DNA from: Dicyema japonicum
Taxonomy: Eukaryota; Animalia; Dicyemida
Reading direction: 5' to 3'
Assembly (NCBI GenBank): GCA_011109175.1
Contig: RDEW01000040.1
Span: forward strand, 186,001 to 250,000
Length of the DNA stretch: 64,000 bases
Made by a program: the position numbers and the translations under genes. Below are positions 62,401 through 64,000 of this stretch, in pieces. Under the pieces are notes generated by a model, which saw only the letters and a program-made list of their open reading frames with translations, made no database searches and was not told the DNA's origin. Position 1 is the stretch's first letter. Every line of letters starts with the position of its first letter.

Positions 62401-62790
62401 ATCAAGAGTTTGTACAAAGTCTGTACTTTTAATTTCCGAAGGTTTTTGTACCGGTAAGTCATTTCTTTTGAAATAACTTCTTTTTGGGGGTTTGTGGGGA
62501 AAATAAGGTCGACTAGCAACATTAAACTAACACAAACTTAAAATGCCATGGAAGATAGTATATGGCAAAACAAGGGATCATATAACCTGAAATATTGTAA
62601 CTTGATGGGGAAATTATACTATGCAGTGAATTGACAGCACTTTCAAGGCGAAATAAGATATCCTATTAGTTACAGTCGATAACATAACTTTGCAAAAGTT
62701 GACATCTTTATTTTTGTGAGCATATTCTACCACTTGATCTAGCATTTTTTCAAATGTATGTTTGATGTTTTTATCAACATTATTAGTCAT
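59435..62790 (-). CDS. SCAPER: S-phase cyclin A-associated protein in the ER (SCAPER), multi-exon
   Basis: N-terminal LDQVV..FCK|DILFRLE, coiled coil with KVNEVAFI, C2H2 finger CTKC..DHISSEKH, C-terminal [33 protein letters not shown] match recalled human SCAPER in order. Confidence 0.92.
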
Positions 62791-62954
62791 GGTTATACAA
62801 CTATTGTTAGATATATTATTAATGTTTAAATTTTTTAAATGAAATTATTATTTTATTTTAATATTTTTTATGCACTATGGTTAATTAAGTGATTTCTTGC
62901 AAAACTTGATAATTTTTTAATGTTTCCCTAAAAATACACTAACAATAATAAATG

Positions 62955-63250
62955 TATATGCACCACACTGTGGAAGAGTGGCAAAAAACCCGACAGAACT
63001 GGATGAATTCTACTCAGCATTATCAAAGACGTATAATGAATATGAGTCGTCCTCACTAATATTCATTGCTTGCGATCTAATGCGAAAATTGGAACAAAAA
63101 AGAACTCAGAAGATACCTTCATGGAAGACACGGACGTGGGAATAGAAACTTTCCTGGGATCATACTCGGCCATTTCTGCACGGCAAACAAATTTTTCTTA
63201 TGCAACACAGTATTCTCACATCGTGTATGCCACATAACCACTTGGTGAAT
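62955..63250 (+). mobile_element. RTE APE fragment
   Basis: NVYAPH..DEFYSAL..DL.AKIG..HGRG.RN; similar to 15600-15900. Confidence 0.8.
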
Positions 63251-63620
63251 CTCTTGAATTCGGGTCTGTAGCAGCTGGGACATGATGGTGGAGGGAGTTT
63301 GCACATATTGACAACTGTCAATCGGAGAGAGGGTAGGCATATTCTCAGAGTTAGTTGTTCCAGTGTGTAGTCCGAAATATTTCTGGCCATTATATGCTTC
63401 CTGCTTAGCGTAATAAGGTATCTTTCCTTTCCATGATCTTTGTCTCGTCTGAAAACGGAGTATCCCGGAAAGTTAAGAGTTGGTCGCCGTGGGTTAAGTT
63501 TCGTCTTTTGGAAAAGAGCTATATCCACTGAGTGTTTTATGAGAAAGCGTTGTAGTTCGGCAATTTTTGTTCGGATACCATTATTATTATAATAATTCGG
63601 ATACCATTGATGTTAGTTTG
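63250..63620 (-). mobile_element. Ingi-like APE fragment
   Basis: NINGIR..KIAELQRFL..DIALFQKTKL..FPGYSVFRRD. Confidence 0.8.
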
Positions 63621-63793
63621 TAACATGACTTGCCTAAATGAACAAAAGACATATTTATTTAAGTTTTATTAAAATAATATTAAATAGTTAATTGTTTTCT
63701 TTGCTTCAATAATACTTGTTTTGTACTTTCTTACTGAATAAATTTTTTTTAAATGATACAAATTTTATTAAGGAAAGAAAAGAGAGTAAACGG

Positions 63794-63985
63794 TTATATA
63801 GCGGCTGCTTTGATTGCGTGGCTATTTCCTCTCAAGATGGAGAGCGAGATTCGCTTAATTAACCAGCAGGGCTCACGAGGGTCTCCTGTTCGTATAGCGA
63901 TCCGATTCCCTAGACAACTCAAGAATTCTAGCGTCGCAGGCGTAAGGGAACCAGACGTCTCAACGGCGAATGGAACAAACAAAAA
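63794..63985 (-). mobile_element. CRE-clade 3' end
   Basis: FVPFAVETSG..GDPREPCWLIKRISLSILRGNS. Confidence 0.9.
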
Positions 63986-64000
63986 AGAAATAAAAAAAAC

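Overview
AT-rich eukaryotic nuclear DNA. Four intron-rich, metazoan-like host genes were identified by conceptual splicing and recalled similarity to human proteins: DDX42 (+, 4618-6837), HID1 (-, 6860-9139), AK9 (+, 22672-28909) and SCAPER (-, 59435-62790). They are split by many ultra-short GT-AG introns, mostly 19-29 nt. Together with an animal-type transposon complement, this suggests a dicyemid mesozoan (inference, not verified). Most of the rest is transposable elements. Retroelements: two full-length R4/Dong-like REL retrotransposons with 12-bp TSDs (one with an intact 1149-aa ORF), CRE, RTE, BovB-like and Ingi-like LINE fragments (the Ingi copies carry degenerate 2A-like motifs), and a tRNA-derived SINE family sharing its 3' end with a local RTE LINE. 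DNA transposons: Ginger2/TDD-like integrase elements, hAT and pogo remnants, and a DD34E IS630/Tc1 element with long modular TIRs. The most notable observation is that DNA-transposon genes of two superfamilies carry host-type 23-28-nt spliceosomal introns, two of them inside the Tc1 catalytic region. Scattered single-base homopolymer deletions in conserved genes most likely reflect long-read consensus errors. I found no evidence for a prokaryotic or CRISPR-type system. All family assignments come from motif recognition without database searches.
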